Shown: positions 54,120 to 64,000 of the stretch, piece by piece | Layout of the letters: every line of letters begins with the position of its first letter | Position numbering within the stretch: the first letter of the stretch is position 1 | From: Candidatus Moraniibacteriota bacterium | Lineage (GTDB): Bacteria > Patescibacteriota > Minisyncoccia > Moranbacterales > DUUL01 | Reading direction: 5' to 3' | Length of the DNA stretch: 64,000 bases | Assembly: GCA_041596615.1 (NCBI GenBank) | Contig: JBFHIG010000004.1 | Coordinates: 5,280 to 69,279 of the forward strand | Made by a program: the position numbers and the translations under genes | Notes under the pieces: generated by a model | What the model was told of the DNA's origin: nothing | The model's input: only the letters and a program-made list of their open reading frames with translations | Database searches by the model: none

Positions 54120-54752
54120 TTAAAAAAGCATTTCTAGAGAATCAACAACAGCCTCCTCGTGCTCTACTTCTGGAATGAACTCAAGTAAAATTTTTCTTAG
54201 AAGTGTTGGGTCGACATCACCGAGGGGAATATGGATATAAGGAATAAAATTCTTTGCACTTTTTAAAGATAAGTCCTTTTTACCACCTGGTTCATAGAAT
54301 ATCCAAAAATTTTCTAAGGAAGAAAATTTATAAAGCCTGTCTTGAGCAACAATACCCTCTGTAGTAACGCTAAAATTAAAGGATTGGGCTTCTTTTTTTT
54401 CAAAGAGATAAAGAATTAAACCAATTAAAATTGCCAAAATTGCTAAAGGAAAGTTATCGGAAAAAAGACCCAGTGCCACAAGAGAAACTAGGATAACAAA
54501 AACAACAACATACCAAATATTGGACTTCTGACTACTTAAAAATGAAAAAGCTTTCCACGAAAGAAGTATTTTGTTGCGTTCGAGACGATTTGTTTTGTCA
54601 GGAGTGTTTTTCTCAACGACCATCTCCTTTGGAGAATCTTTTTTTGAAGAAATAGGTAATTTCCCTGAAAAACTCTTCATAGGAAATGGCTTCGGTCCGT
54701 CTATGCTTCTTTGAGCGAGGGGGATATTTTGTTTGTTATTTTGTGTGTACAT
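54120..54752 (-). CDS. Hypothetical membrane protein (210 aa, two central TM segments)
   Basis: I chose the ATG at 54752 (MYTQNNKQNIPLAQR...). The 55-codon upstream extension in the track is low-complexity and has no support. Confidence 0.45.
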   Translation of the reverse strand: MYTQNNKQNIPLAQRSIDGPKPFPMKSFSGKLPISSKKDSPKEMVVEKNTPDKTNRLERNKILLSWKAFSFLSSQKSNIWYVVVFVILVSLVALGLFSDNFPLAILAILIGLILYLFEKKEAQSFNFSVTTEGIVAQDRLYKFSSLENFWIFYEPGGKKDLSLKSAKNFIPYIHIPLGDVDPTLLRKILLEFIPEVEHEEAVVDSLEMLF

Positions 54753-55007
54753 TTTGATTTTTAGTTTGAAAGCTATTTTTATCAGTATAGCATTTAAAGA
54801 CAAAAATTCAAAAAAAAGGTTAACAGCTAGCAAAAAGTCATAAGATTCTGACATAAGTGAGCTTGACGATAGCTTGTTTTTTGTTAAACTTAGGGCGTAA
54901 GTGCTTTCAAAGCGCATTTATAGAACATTAAAAATTAAATTTTGAATACAAAGCTAACTTAAGTTTGTTTTGTATATCAATAAATTCTAGAAAGGAAGGT
55001 GAAAAAC

Positions 55008-55730
55008 ATGAGTGAAACCCCAGAAATACAAGAAGATTTAGGCTTAGGAGGGAGAACTAAAAACTGGTTTCAAGACAATGTTAGGATTATTCTTTCAGTC
55101 TTAATTGTCGTTGCTATCGCAGCAGGAATTTATTCTTATTCAAAAAGAACTGATGAAGAATTAGTTCAGGAAGATGTTATGATAGAAGAAATGAATGATG
55201 ATGAAGAAATTGTTGCAATGCAAGAAGATGAAAGTCCAGTAACAATTATTGGCGAAGATGAGGAAGAAAAGAAAGTAGAAGATGAAACTGAAATGCAAGT
55301 GGAGGAAAATGCCCCAACTGCAACAGAGGAAATCTCACCAGTCGTGACAGAAGAAGTTGCGCCAGTTGCAACAGAAGAGGTTAAGGTTCCACCAACAGAA
55401 ACCACGAAAACAGAAACAGTTATTAGTGAAGAATCAGAGGAATCGTTCACAGAGACGGCAGTTTATGGAGATAGCCAAACAACACTTGCTCGTAAAGCGT
55501 TGAGAAATTATCTAGAGAAAAACAACGATTCAAGCCTGACAGCGGAGCATAAAATTTATATCGAAGACTATCTTCGAAAAAATGTCTCTTTTGCTGGTAG
55601 CGTGAACCCTGGAACAAAAATTAGTTTTTCTAAGAATCTTATCAAAGATTCAATTGAAAAAGCGAAAACTCTTTCAGAAGGGCAGTTAAAAAACCTTGAA
55701 AAATATTCGCAAAGAGTGTCAAACATTTAA
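55008..55730 (+). CDS. Membrane-anchored acidic protein with short TEE(V/I)xP repeats
   Basis: The ATG at 55008 is preceded by AGGAAGG 9 nt upstream; the track start at 54999 is GTG. It has a TM segment (IILSVLIVVAIAAGIY), an acidic repeat region APTATEEISPVVTEEVAPVATEEV, and a conserved-looking C-terminal domain. Confidence 0.55.
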   Translation: MSETPEIQEDLGLGGRTKNWFQDNVRIILSVLIVVAIAAGIYSYSKRTDEELVQEDVMIEEMNDDEEIVAMQEDESPVTIIGEDEEEKKVEDETEMQVEENAPTATEEISPVVTEEVAPVATEEVKVPPTETTKTETVISEESEESFTETAVYGDSQTTLARKALRNYLEKNNDSSLTAEHKIYIEDYLRKNVSFAGSVNPGTKISFSKNLIKDSIEKAKTLSEGQLKNLEKYSQRVSNI

Positions 55731-55854
55731 TCCGCCAATAATGGGAAAAATTGTTGATTGGCGAATGTGTATCAGACCAATTGTTTCATGTCTGAAAGTT
55801 AATACAAAATAAAATACAAAAATATAAAAAAGTTCTTTTAGACATGAAGTTCTT

Positions 55855-55898
55855 ATATAACACAAAACCCCGGCAACGCCCGGGGTTTTGTGTTATAT
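55855..55898 (+). terminator. Very stable hairpin (19-bp perfect stem), probable terminator
   Basis: ATATAACACAAAACCCCGG (55855-73), a 6-nt loop CAACGC, then CCGGGGTTTTGTGTTATAT (55880-98). Confidence 0.55.
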
Positions 55899-55933
55899 GG
55901 ATTTGTTGGAGACTGTAAAAGCCCAAACTCTCC

Positions 55934-55962
55934 TTGTACCAACTTTCGATGCAATCTATAAT
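55934..55962 (+). promoter_or_regulatory. Sigma-70-type promoter for the 55989 gene
   Basis: TTGTAC (55934-39), 17-nt spacer, TATAAT (55957-62). Confidence 0.45.
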
Positions 55963-55988
55963 AAAAAGGTAATAAATTAAAAACAAAA

Positions 55989-56867
55989 ATGGAAGAAAAT
56001 ATAGAAAACAAAAAAGATTCTGGTGAGAAATTAGCACAAGGTCACAAATTATATTTTGGCGTTGGCTTGGCTATCCTAGTCGCTACTGTTTTAGTTGGAG
56101 GTAGCACCTATTATTTGATGAAGAAGGAGTATACTGGTCGAGCAGAAAAAATACTTGTTCAGCTTAAAAACGAAAAGGAAATAACAAAAGAGTATAAAAT
56201 GGAGAAAGAAACTTGCGAAAAGGAAAATGTGGAATTAAAATTAAAGTTGCCCTCTGGAAAATACACAAGTATAGACAATGTAATTGAATTTAATTACTTA
56301 AAAAGTCTAGAAAATCCACTCTATGAAAAAAATGGCATCATACAATTTTTGTGGCCTCTAAAAACCGCACAAAGCAACCCTTTAAACTTTCCAAAATATC
56401 AAACGATTTCAGTAAACGAAGAAAAATATGTATTGAAGCCATTTTTAGAAGGTTTTGATGAAGGAATTATGATTATTGAAAAAGAAGAGCAAGAAATGCT
56501 CGAAGATGCCATCAGAAAGTTGATAAAGGAACAAGGCAAGGATCCTAATGATTGCAAGATAGCAAAAAGACAAGATGGCGAAAAAGAAATCGCTTGGATT
56601 GAGCTTGTACAGGAGTATAAGCCAACGGAAGAAGATTTAATAAGCACTAATTTACCAGAAGAAACGACACTAACCATTAAAGAGTCTTTTTCGATTGGAA
56701 CTAGAACAAGAGAAATTTGTTCAACTTTTTCTAGCGCCGGTGGACCCGGATTATCGTTTTTTGAGTATGACTCGAATAAGACGAAAACTAGTTTTATATT
56801 TAAACAAGCTAGCGGTTATGATAGTTCTATAAACTTCTCTTCGGTAAATTTTCTTGATCAAGAGTAA
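55989..56867 (+). CDS. Hypothetical N-terminally anchored protein (292 aa)
   Basis: ATG start, TM segment (LYFGVGLAILVATVLVGGSTYYL), a coiled/charged segment, then a globular region. Confidence 0.5.
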   Translation: MEENIENKKDSGEKLAQGHKLYFGVGLAILVATVLVGGSTYYLMKKEYTGRAEKILVQLKNEKEITKEYKMEKETCEKENVELKLKLPSGKYTSIDNVIEFNYLKSLENPLYEKNGIIQFLWPLKTAQSNPLNFPKYQTISVNEEKYVLKPFLEGFDEGIMIIEKEEQEMLEDAIRKLIKEQGKDPNDCKIAKRQDGEKEIAWIELVQEYKPTEEDLISTNLPEETTLTIKESFSIGTRTREICSTFSSAGGPGLSFFEYDSNKTKTSFIFKQASGYDSSINFSSVNFLDQE

Positions 56868-56881
56868 ATAATATAGAATTT

Positions 56882-56919
56882 AAGGCCTCACTGATATATT
56901 AATCAGTGAGGCCTTTTTT
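56882..56919. terminator. Bidirectional intrinsic terminator between convergent genes
   Basis: AAGGCCTCACTGAT (56882-95) and ATCAGTGAGGCCTT (56902-15) form a 14-bp perfect stem with a 6-nt loop, followed by TTTTT. Confidence 0.75.
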
Positions 56920-56945
56920 GAAAAACTATTTAAATCCTGTTTAGC

Positions 56946-59006
56946 TTATTGTGGTCTTGCAATTTTCCAAGCATCGGTATTTCTAATTCCTTCATTGACG
57001 CCGGCTTTGCAAATTCTACCCGGGGAGCATACGTTAGAATCAAGAACTGTTGTTCCGTTAACGATCAGCCCATAATGATTGTAATCATTTACCGGGCTGA
57101 TATACTGAACGAAAACATCTCCCTTTAAAACAAAGTTGGCAAGAATGCCGTTGTTGTCACGTGTTACAAGCTCAGTGGTAGGATTATAGAAATACTTTTC
57201 AGTTCCACAGTTAGTAGGACCAAATTGTCCAAAATATTGACTATGAAAGATGAGATTAGCGTTTCCATAATTTAGGACATAACCATTATCCGATACACAA
57301 TCTGAATTGGAATCAGAAAATGTATCCCAATTATCCTGGATGGTGCCATCCTGTTTCATTACATAACCATCGGTTGAATCGCCCCTGCCAAGAATTGTTC
57401 GCAAGTAGAATTTGGTAAGTGCCTTACACTGCCTCTCAGCGCGTACGCCATTAAAATTGAAATTCACTTCCGCAAAATCGATTATACTTCCGTCTTCACT
57501 TGAAACAAGTGTGGCAAGTTCTGCATAAAACTCCGGATACAACGCCTTAACATAAATATCAAGATAATCATTGGAGGTGTCCTCATCACCCAATAGAACA
57601 TCCATCCCCTCAAAAAATTCATCTGAACCAGTTGTTTTTTTGAGGAAGATGATTGAATATACATCGTTAATCAGTGTCTCTGGATTCTCTGGTGCAACTT
57701 CCAAAACGTAATCCCCAGCGGCAAGATTCTGCTTGCGGTACATGAAGTTGGTTTGGGCGTTGCCCAAAGGACTACCATCTATTTGCGATGGCAAGCCAAC
57801 ATCAGTATACCCACTGGCATACTCACTACCATTTTCATCCAACACAACAGAATTCTCAAGAGTTAGCAATCTCGCCTTAACATCAAGAGCACCTCCCGAA
57901 AGAATCGCAATTGAAGCTGATTCACTAAGGGTGAAAGGGTAGAGATTTTTTCGATTAGAATCAAACGCTTCTTCCGTAATAACAGATTGTGAAGAAAATA
58001 CTTCCTCAAAAACCGGCGCCAAATTAAATTCTACCAACTGTAAATCAGAACCCGATCCTATTACTGCATGGTCTCCTTTAAGTGCCGTACCGTAAATATC
58101 ATTGTTCATAGACACAGAGCAAAGATTTACTGGGTTTTCTGGATCAAAAATATTTAGCACTTCGACATTTCCGCCATAACTATTTCCATTGGATAAATAT
58201 GCAAATACTCCATTTCCAGAGATATCAACATCAACAGTAATGCCGTATGTATTGTAGTGTCCAATTAAAGAAGGATTGACGGGATTTGTGACATCTACAA
58301 CACCAAAGTGCCCATTGGCAATATAAAGATAGGGCCAATCCAAAGACATTTTATATACAGAACCGAGTCCACTTGGTCCGTTGAATAGACCTTCATCAAC
58401 TGGATTCCCCATATCACTCATGTCTACAATTCTTATACCAGTGCATCCAATGTAAACATGATTCCCATCTACAGCTACGCTATAAGGGTCTGATTGAGGA
58501 AATGAACCAGCTACAGAAAGATTTTCTGGATCAGAAATGTCCACCACAATTAGCCCGCTCATACGATATACAGCATAGGCATATGAACCAACGATTTGTA
58601 TATCCTTACCGTGATCATAGTTGTCTTGTCCCACTTGCAAGCTGTCCTTTATTACTGGATGCTCACGATCACTTACATCAATAGAATGAAGATAGCCGTC
58701 TTTGTCTGTTAGGTAAACATAGTCACCGACAACATCAAGCGCTCCTGCGTAAGTCTGATAAAACCAGCTTTCATAAGGAACTTGAATTGTTGATACAACG
58801 ACAGGATTAGTCTCATCAAGTAGATCAATTATTTTTAAATACCTGCCAGAGGAGATATACGCATAGCGATCATCAGTTTTAATGTCGATTAGGCTATTCG
58901 TTATATTCCTAATTCCGATTTGTGTGCCACAAGCAAAAACATTTGAGAAATTTACTGTTATTGCGAAAATTATTAATATCGCTCCAACCAAACTTTTCTT
59001 TTTCAT
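56946..59006 (-). CDS. Secreted LVIVD-repeat beta-propeller protein with a Cys-containing C-terminal domain
   Basis: Signal peptide (..FSNVFACG) and six repeats of the LVIVD type: YLKIIDLLDETNPV, LHSIDVSDREHPV, GLIVVDISDPENL, IRIVDMSDMGNPV, FGVVDVTNPVNPS and VEVLNIFDPENPV. Confidence 0.7.
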   Translation of the reverse strand: MKKKSLVGAILIIFAITVNFSNVFACGTQIGIRNITNSLIDIKTDDRYAYISSGRYLKIIDLLDETNPVVVSTIQVPYESWFYQTYAGALDVVGDYVYLTDKDGYLHSIDVSDREHPVIKDSLQVGQDNYDHGKDIQIVGSYAYAVYRMSGLIVVDISDPENLSVAGSFPQSDPYSVAVDGNHVYIGCTGIRIVDMSDMGNPVDEGLFNGPSGLGSVYKMSLDWPYLYIANGHFGVVDVTNPVNPSLIGHYNTYGITVDVDISGNGVFAYLSNGNSYGGNVEVLNIFDPENPVNLCSVSMNNDIYGTALKGDHAVIGSGSDLQLVEFNLAPVFEEVFSSQSVITEEAFDSNRKNLYPFTLSESASIAILSGGALDVKARLLTLENSVVLDENGSEYASGYTDVGLPSQIDGSPLGNAQTNFMYRKQNLAAGDYVLEVAPENPETLINDVYSIIFLKKTTGSDEFFEGMDVLLGDEDTSNDYLDIYVKALYPEFYAELATLVSSEDGSIIDFAEVNFNFNGVRAERQCKALTKFYLRTILGRGDSTDGYVMKQDGTIQDNWDTFSDSNSDCVSDNGYVLNYGNANLIFHSQYFGQFGPTNCGTEKYFYNPTTELVTRDNNGILANFVLKGDVFVQYISPVNDYNHYGLIVNGTTVLDSNVCSPGRICKAGVNEGIRNTDAWKIARPQ

Positions 59007-59267
59007 CTTGCAACCTCCTTTGATTTGTATTTTCCATTCTTATCATCGCGAATACAAAAATCCAGCTTTTAACATAAATCCTCCCGCACCTCCTTTTCAG
59101 AGATTAATCTTAGGCTGCTATTTTTAAAGAACTAGAAAATAACAAACTCTTTTTGAAAAGCATATTATTTCCAAGTGTCTTTTGACACGCAAGGCAAGTA
59201 TATGAAAAAAAAAACAGTTTTAGTCAAGTTTAAATTCAAAATTAAGAAATTGGCATTTTTACTTTTC

Positions 59268-59296
59268 TTGCCAGAAACCCAAAACAATGATAGAAT
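59268..59296 (+). promoter_or_regulatory. Sigma-70-type promoter for uvrA
   Basis: TTGCCA (59268-73), 17-nt spacer, TAGAAT (59291-96), 28 nt upstream of the ATG. Confidence 0.5.
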
Positions 59297-59324
59297 ATAC
59301 GGACCAAATTAAAAGAAACAGCAA

Positions 59325-62207
59325 ATGGGGCAAGACACAATTTATATCAAAGGAGCGCGGGAACACAATTTAAAAAATATCAATTTAGAACTACCCAGAG
59401 ATAAATTCATTGTTTTTACAGGACTTTCAGGCAGTGGAAAATCCACTTTAGCTTTCGATACAATTTTTGCCGAAGGACAAAGACGCTACCTAGAAAGCCT
59501 TTCTAGTTATGCCAGACAATTTTTGGGGCAGATGGACAAACCAGACGTAGATTATATCGAAGGGCTTTCCCCGGCGATTTCAATTGATCAAAAAACGGCC
59601 TCCCATAATCCGCGCTCAACGGTTGGAACTGTGACGGAAATCCATGATTATCTCCGTTTACTGTATGCAAAAATAGGACTCCCGCATTGCTCTGTTTGTG
59701 GAAAGGAGATTTCCAAACTTTCAGTTGATGAAATAGTTGAAAAAATAACTGATTTACCAGAAGTTGCAGAAAAAAATTCAAAAATTCAAATTTTAGCACC
59801 AATAGTAAGGGGAAGAAAGGGCGAATATAATATACTGTTAAAAGAGTTGTTTCAACAGGGCTTTTCGTGGGCCATTGTAGATAGCAAGAAAATACATCTT
59901 TTGGATTGGAAAGAGCTCAAATTGGATAAACAAAAGAAACATTCAATTGATGTTATAATTGATGAAGTGGAGGTGACGGCTGATAATCTTAGTCGAGTTT
60001 ATGAGGGAATTGAAAGCTCTCTTAAAATGGCCGAGGGTTTGGTGAAAATTAAAATTGGAAAAGAGGAAAAAGTCTTTAATCAGAGACTTGCTTGTCCGGA
60101 CCACGATATTGAATTTCCGCCTCTTGAACCAAGACTTTTTTCCTTTAACTCGCCTTTTGGGGCTTGCGGAGAGTGCGAAGGTTTGGGTTTGAAAAAGGAA
60201 ATCGACCAAAATCTTGTGATGCCCGACCAAAATAAAACAATTGCTGAAGGAGGTTTTGTTCCTTGGAGTTATAAGAAAAATAACTATTATGGAGCCTTAT
60301 TTAAAGCTGTTTGTAAGGAGTTTGGTATTTCGCAGAATACTAGAATTAAAGATTTAACTTCAAGTGACAGAAAAATAATACTTGAAGGCCCAGGAGAGGA
60401 ATATGATAACAACATAACGATTCAGTATAAATTTAAATCGAGTGCAGGACATTATGCTATTAAATGGAATGGTATTGTTAATCACCTGATACAAAGATAT
60501 TACAAAACACAATCAGATGCTGTCAGGAGAGAAATTGAGAAATACATGAGCAACAAACCCTGCCCTGTTTGTAAGGGGACGAGATTTAATAAAGAAGCTT
60601 TATTGGTTACTGTTGGGGGAAAAAATATCGCTGAAATTTCAAGTTTATCAGTTAAAAATACTATTGATTTTGTGGATAATCTTAGACTTACGAAGAGAGA
60701 GCAACTCATTTCGGATAAAATTTTAAAAGAAGTAAAAAATCGTTTGAGTTTTTTAGCAAATGTTGGTTTGGAATACCTAACACTTTCTAGGACAGCAAAT
60801 ACCATTTCTGGTGGGGAAGCTCAACGAATACGACTGGCATCACAAATTGGATCTGGTTTGGTGGGTGTGTTGTATATTCTTGACGAACCTTCAATTGGTC
60901 TACATGCCAGAGACAATACCAAACTCTTAAAAATGCTAATCAAGCTGAGAGAGCTAGGAAACACAGTGATTGTAATTGAACACGATGAAGAAACTATTAG
61001 AAATGCTGAATTTATTGTAGATATTGGTCCTGGAGCAGGATTACATGGCGGGGAAGTTACCTTTTCAGGAACAGTTGAAGAAATGTTAAAAGATGAAAAT
61101 TCTGTTACTGCTGGCTATCTAAATGGAAACAGAACAATAGAAACACCCAAAGAGCGAAGAAAAGCGACAAGCAAAAAAATGCTCTCTGTTCGTGGAGCAA
61201 GTGAACATAACTTAAAAGGTGTTAATGTTGAATTTCCAACGAGAGTGATGACTTGTGTGACGGGAGTTTCTGGGAGTGGAAAGTCAACATTAGTTGAGGA
61301 CATTTTATTTAAATGGATGTCAAATCGCTTGCAAAGAAGTATGCACGTTCCTGGAAAAGTGAAAGAAATTGCAGGTTATCACCATGTTAACAAGGTAATT
61401 ATGATTGACCAAAGTCCAATCGGAAGAACGCCGAGATCAAATCCAGCAACTTATACAGGCGCTTTTACGCCAATTCGAAAACTTTTTGCGAAAACTTCAG
61501 GAGCAAAAGAACGAGGGTATGCACTAGGAAGATTTTCTTTTAATGTTTCTGGAGGAAGATGCGAAAATTGCAAAGGAGACGGACAACTGAAGGTGGAGAT
61601 GCAATTTATGCCAGATGTATATCTCCCATGTGATGTTTGTGAAGGAAGAAGATATAACAAAGAAACACTCAAGGTCAAATACAAAGGCAAAACAATCGCA
61701 GATGTGTTGGAAATGACAGTGAATCAAGCAGTTGATTTTTTTGAAAATTTTCCAGAGATACATAATAAATTCAAGACAATGCAAGATGTTGGTCTTGGAT
61801 ATATTACGGTGGGGCAAAGCGCAACCACTCTTTCTGGTGGAGAAGCGCAACGAATTAAGCTTGCGACAGAGCTATCAAAAAGAAACACAGGAAATACTCT
61901 TTATATTCTTGATGAACCAACAACTGGGCTACATTTTGAGGATGTGAAGAAATTACTAGAAGTGCTAAACAGATTAGCAGATTTAGGCAATACAATTGTG
62001 ATCATCGAACATAATATGGACGTTATTCGCTGCGCAGACTGGATTATTGATCTCGGTCCAGAAGGTGGAGAGGGCGGAGGAAGAGTAGTGGCCGCTGGAA
62101 CGCCAGAACAAGTTGCAAAGCTGGGAGAAGTTAGTTATACGGGAAAGTATTTGAAAAAGGCTTTTGAGCTGGAAAGGGTAAGAAAAAAGGCAGTCCCAAA
62201 AGATTGA
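59325..62207 (+). CDS. uvrA: Excinuclease ABC subunit A
   Basis: [12 protein letters not shown], two ABC modules ([14 protein letters not shown] / [14 protein letters not shown]; LSGGEAQRI twice), and Zn-finger Cys clusters. Confidence 0.95.
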   Translation: MGQDTIYIKGAREHNLKNINLELPRDKFIVFTGLSGSGKSTLAFDTIFAEGQRRYLESLSSYARQFLGQMDKPDVDYIEGLSPAISIDQKTASHNPRSTVGTVTEIHDYLRLLYAKIGLPHCSVCGKEISKLSVDEIVEKITDLPEVAEKNSKIQILAPIVRGRKGEYNILLKELFQQGFSWAIVDSKKIHLLDWKELKLDKQKKHSIDVIIDEVEVTADNLSRVYEGIESSLKMAEGLVKIKIGKEEKVFNQRLACPDHDIEFPPLEPRLFSFNSPFGACGECEGLGLKKEIDQNLVMPDQNKTIAEGGFVPWSYKKNNYYGALFKAVCKEFGISQNTRIKDLTSSDRKIILEGPGEEYDNNITIQYKFKSSAGHYAIKWNGIVNHLIQRYYKTQSDAVRREIEKYMSNKPCPVCKGTRFNKEALLVTVGGKNIAEISSLSVKNTIDFVDNLRLTKREQLISDKILKEVKNRLSFLANVGLEYLTLSRTANTISGGEAQRIRLASQIGSGLVGVLYILDEPSIGLHARDNTKLLKMLIKLRELGNTVIVIEHDEETIRNAEFIVDIGPGAGLHGGEVTFSGTVEEMLKDENSVTAGYLNGNRTIETPKERRKATSKKMLSVRGASEHNLKGVNVEFPTRVMTCVTGVSGSGKSTLVEDILFKWMSNRLQRSMHVPGKVKEIAGYHHVNKVIMIDQSPIGRTPRSNPATYTGAFTPIRKLFAKTSGAKERGYALGRFSFNVSGGRCENCKGDGQLKVEMQFMPDVYLPCDVCEGRRYNKETLKVKYKGKTIADVLEMTVNQAVDFFENFPEIHNKFKTMQDVGLGYITVGQSATTLSGGEAQRIKLATELSKRNTGNTLYILDEPTTGLHFEDVKKLLEVLNRLADLGNTIVIIEHNMDVIRCADWIIDLGPEGGEGGGRVVAAGTPEQVAKLGEVSYTGKYLKKAFELERVRKKAVPKD

Positions 62208-62251
62208 GAGACTGCCTCGGATTCAACTCGCATCTCGAATTGATTTAGTAA

Positions 62252-62512
62252 TTAGCAAGAAGGTACTTTTTTGAAGTAAGGAAGTGAAAAAATCGCTTCC
62301 TGTAATTCAGGGAACTTGCTTGCAATGGGAAGCATTCCGTTGATTAATGCGGCAACGTAGTGCCCTCTGCAAAAAAGAACACTACCTCTTAAACTTAATG
62401 GTATGAGCGCCCCTTTTTCGCTAGAAGAAAGACTATCTATGATTGAATTAATGGACATGTTTTTATACTCATCTTTGAGTACAGCGACAACTGGTTCTGG
62501 TTTACTTGACAT
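62252..62512 (-). CDS. Small hypothetical protein (86 aa)
   Basis: I chose the ATG at 62512, preceded by GGAGA 7 nt upstream. The track start at 62605 is TTG. No motif recognised. Confidence 0.35.
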   Translation of the reverse strand: MSSKPEPVVAVLKDEYKNMSINSIIDSLSSSEKGALIPLSLRGSVLFCRGHYVAALINGMLPIASKFPELQEAIFSLPYFKKVPSC

Positions 62513-62629
62513 AGAATAGTCTCCATAGTGAAAGTTTCGGGATGTTAAATCAAAACATTTATTTTTAATATAGGATAGATTAACAAAAGTGTCAAGTAAT
62601 TTCAAGAAGAATAATTAACCAAAAGGTAA

Positions 62630-63886
62630 ATGTCCGATTCACTTAAAAACCAACTGAAAAATCTTCCCACAAAACCAGGAGTTTATCTTTTCTATGGTGA
62701 AAAAAATCTTCAAAACGAAGAAGAACTTTTATACATCGGCAAAGCAACCTCGCTTAAAAGCAGAGTTAATTCTTATTTCAAAGAAAAACTGAATTATGAA
62801 AGACCAATTGAGTTTGTGATTGGACAGATAAAAAGAATTGAAACAAAAGAGACTGACTCAGTTTTGGAAGCATATTTTCTAGAGCAAGAACTTATTGGGC
62901 AGTATCAACCAAAATATAATGTATTAGGAAAAGACGACAAATCATTTGTTTATGTTGGTTTAACAAAGGGAGATTTCCCAAGGTTTGTTATTTATCGAAA
63001 AACCGACATCGAACAGGGATTGACCGGGGAAGTCTCAAAAATGTTTGGCCCTTTTACAGCTAAACATCTGATTGAGAGTGCTTTGAAGATTTTACGCAAG
63101 ATTTTTCCATATCACAATAGAAAGGAAGAGACAGAAAAAGGTTGTTTAGACTATCAACTGGGGCTTTGTCCAGGGCCATATGATGGCCAAATCTCTAAAA
63201 AAGATTATGCAAAGAATATAAAGGCAATAGAGCTTATGTTTCTTGGAAAAAAGAGGTTGCTCATTAAAAAAATCAAAAGAGAGATGGAAAGTTGTGCAAA
63301 AAAGGAAGAATTTGAAAAAGCAAGCAAACTGAGAAACCAGCTATTTTCGCTTGAGCATATTCAGGATATGGCCATGATTAGCGACAGAAATAAACAAAAT
63401 TTGCATTCTAATAAAAAGCTAAGAATCGAAGGATATGACATTTCTAATACAGGAAAAAATCAAATAGTGGGCTCCATGGTTGTTTTCGATAACAAATTTG
63501 GTACAATCGAAGCAAATAAAAGTGAATATCGTAAATTCAAAATCAAAGAAGAAAATGGACAAAATGATCTTGCGGCCATGAAAGAAGTGCTGACTAGGAG
63601 GTTCTTGAACGATTGGGAAACGCCAACCCTTGTAATTATCGATGGTGGAAGCACGCATTTGCGACTGGTGAGGGAATTATTTACAGAAATAAAAATTCAA
63701 ATACCAATTTTGGCAGTCGCCAAAGGACCAACCAGAAAAAAACTGGATATTTTTTCATATGGAAAAATACCCAAGATAACTAAAAAAACAATTGCCGAGG
63801 TGAGAGATGAGGCCCATCGTTTTGCAATTGGATATCATCGTAAATTACGCACAAAAGCACTATTTGAAAGAAAGAAAGATAAATAG
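62630..63886 (+). CDS. uvrC: Excinuclease ABC subunit C, compact form (GIY-YIG + UVR + RNase H-like endonuclease domain; no C-terminal HhH2)
   Basis: PGVYLFYGE...LYIGKATSLKSRVNSYF (GIY-YIG), EEFEKASKLRNQLFSLEHI (UVR), RIEGYDISNTGKNQIVGSMVVF and DEAHRFAIGYHRKLR. The protein ends about 15 aa after that motif. Confidence 0.85.
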   Translation: MSDSLKNQLKNLPTKPGVYLFYGEKNLQNEEELLYIGKATSLKSRVNSYFKEKLNYERPIEFVIGQIKRIETKETDSVLEAYFLEQELIGQYQPKYNVLGKDDKSFVYVGLTKGDFPRFVIYRKTDIEQGLTGEVSKMFGPFTAKHLIESALKILRKIFPYHNRKEETEKGCLDYQLGLCPGPYDGQISKKDYAKNIKAIELMFLGKKRLLIKKIKREMESCAKKEEFEKASKLRNQLFSLEHIQDMAMISDRNKQNLHSNKKLRIEGYDISNTGKNQIVGSMVVFDNKFGTIEANKSEYRKFKIKEENGQNDLAAMKEVLTRRFLNDWETPTLVIIDGGSTHLRLVRELFTEIKIQIPILAVAKGPTRKKLDIFSYGKIPKITKKTIAEVRDEAHRFAIGYHRKLRTKALFERKKDK

Positions 63887-64000
63887 AAAGTCAACAACAT
63901 TTAACATTTTATTCTTTACATAACCCTCTTTTTAGAGTAAACTTTATTCTTAGATAAAAGTAATATCTTCTCATGGAAAATCACAACAAAATCATCATTA

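Noticed and set aside
55786-56037. 83-aa minus-strand ORF.
   Set aside because: It spans the 19-bp terminator hairpin, the predicted promoter and the start of the 55989 gene. No ribosome-binding site or motif supports it.
59007-59324. Looked for an SOS/LexA operator upstream of uvrA, either CGAAC-N4-GTTCG or CTGT-N8-ACAG.
   Set aside because: No match was found by eye. Only a sigma-70-like promoter is visible.
1633-63658. The many 60-150-aa antisense or out-of-frame ORFs in the track, for example 2486-2769, 3157-3544, 9877-10197, 16555-17706, 23701-24330, 25641-26357, 28372-28744, 36025-36499, 44473-44991, 55166-55450 and 59503-61850.
   Set aside because: Each is nested inside a longer ORF with clear family motifs on the other strand or frame. 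Their compositions (S/F/L/I/K-rich) are what is expected from antisense translation of AT-rich coding sequence.
63974-64000. ATG-initiated ORF at the right edge of the window (MENHNKIII...).
   Set aside because: Only 9 codons are visible, which is too short to support a call.

Overview
AT-rich, gene-dense bacterial chromosome segment with standard stops (TGA, TAA and TAG all end well-supported genes). The small compact proteins, many GT-C/GT-B envelope glycosylation genes, tRNA genes mostly lacking an encoded CCA, and a minimal Gram-positive-style type IV secretion-like locus fit a reduced-genome Patescibacteria/CPR-type organism; that placement is inference only. The window spans the replication-origin neighbourhood: dnaN and dnaA on the minus strand at 30.8-33.7 kb, three tandem DnaA boxes upstream of dnaA, and a 0.9-kb gene-free spacer (34.9-35.8 kb). 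That spacer holds five exact copies of a parS-like 16-bp palindrome, TGTTCCACGTGGAACA. By my annotation the dominant gene orientation flips there, from 27 of 31 CDS on the minus strand to its left to 15 of 21 CDS on the plus strand to its right. The most system-like element is a 14-kb, 12-gene co-directional locus (14807-28799, minus strand). It encodes a VirB4 ATPase interrupted by one in-frame TAA, a PrgI/VirB3-like protein, a VirB6/TrbL-like polytopic protein, a VirB2/TrbC-like pilin candidate, secreted thrombospondin-type-3-repeat proteins, a 941-aa Cys-rich surface protein and a CPBP protease. No relaxase, coupling protein or VirB1/8/9/10/11 is visible. Other content: housekeeping and repair genes (secA, recQ, hpf, murB, metG, rarA, murI, recG, uvrA, a compact uvrC); a CCA-adding enzyme with a ~210-aa HD-domain insertion; seven tRNA genes; one IS30-family element beside a tRNA cluster; and a second DnaA-box cluster upstream of rarA. 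I found no rRNA, CRISPR array, reverse transcriptase or recognisable defence system. All functional calls rest on motif recognition by eye; no database search was run.
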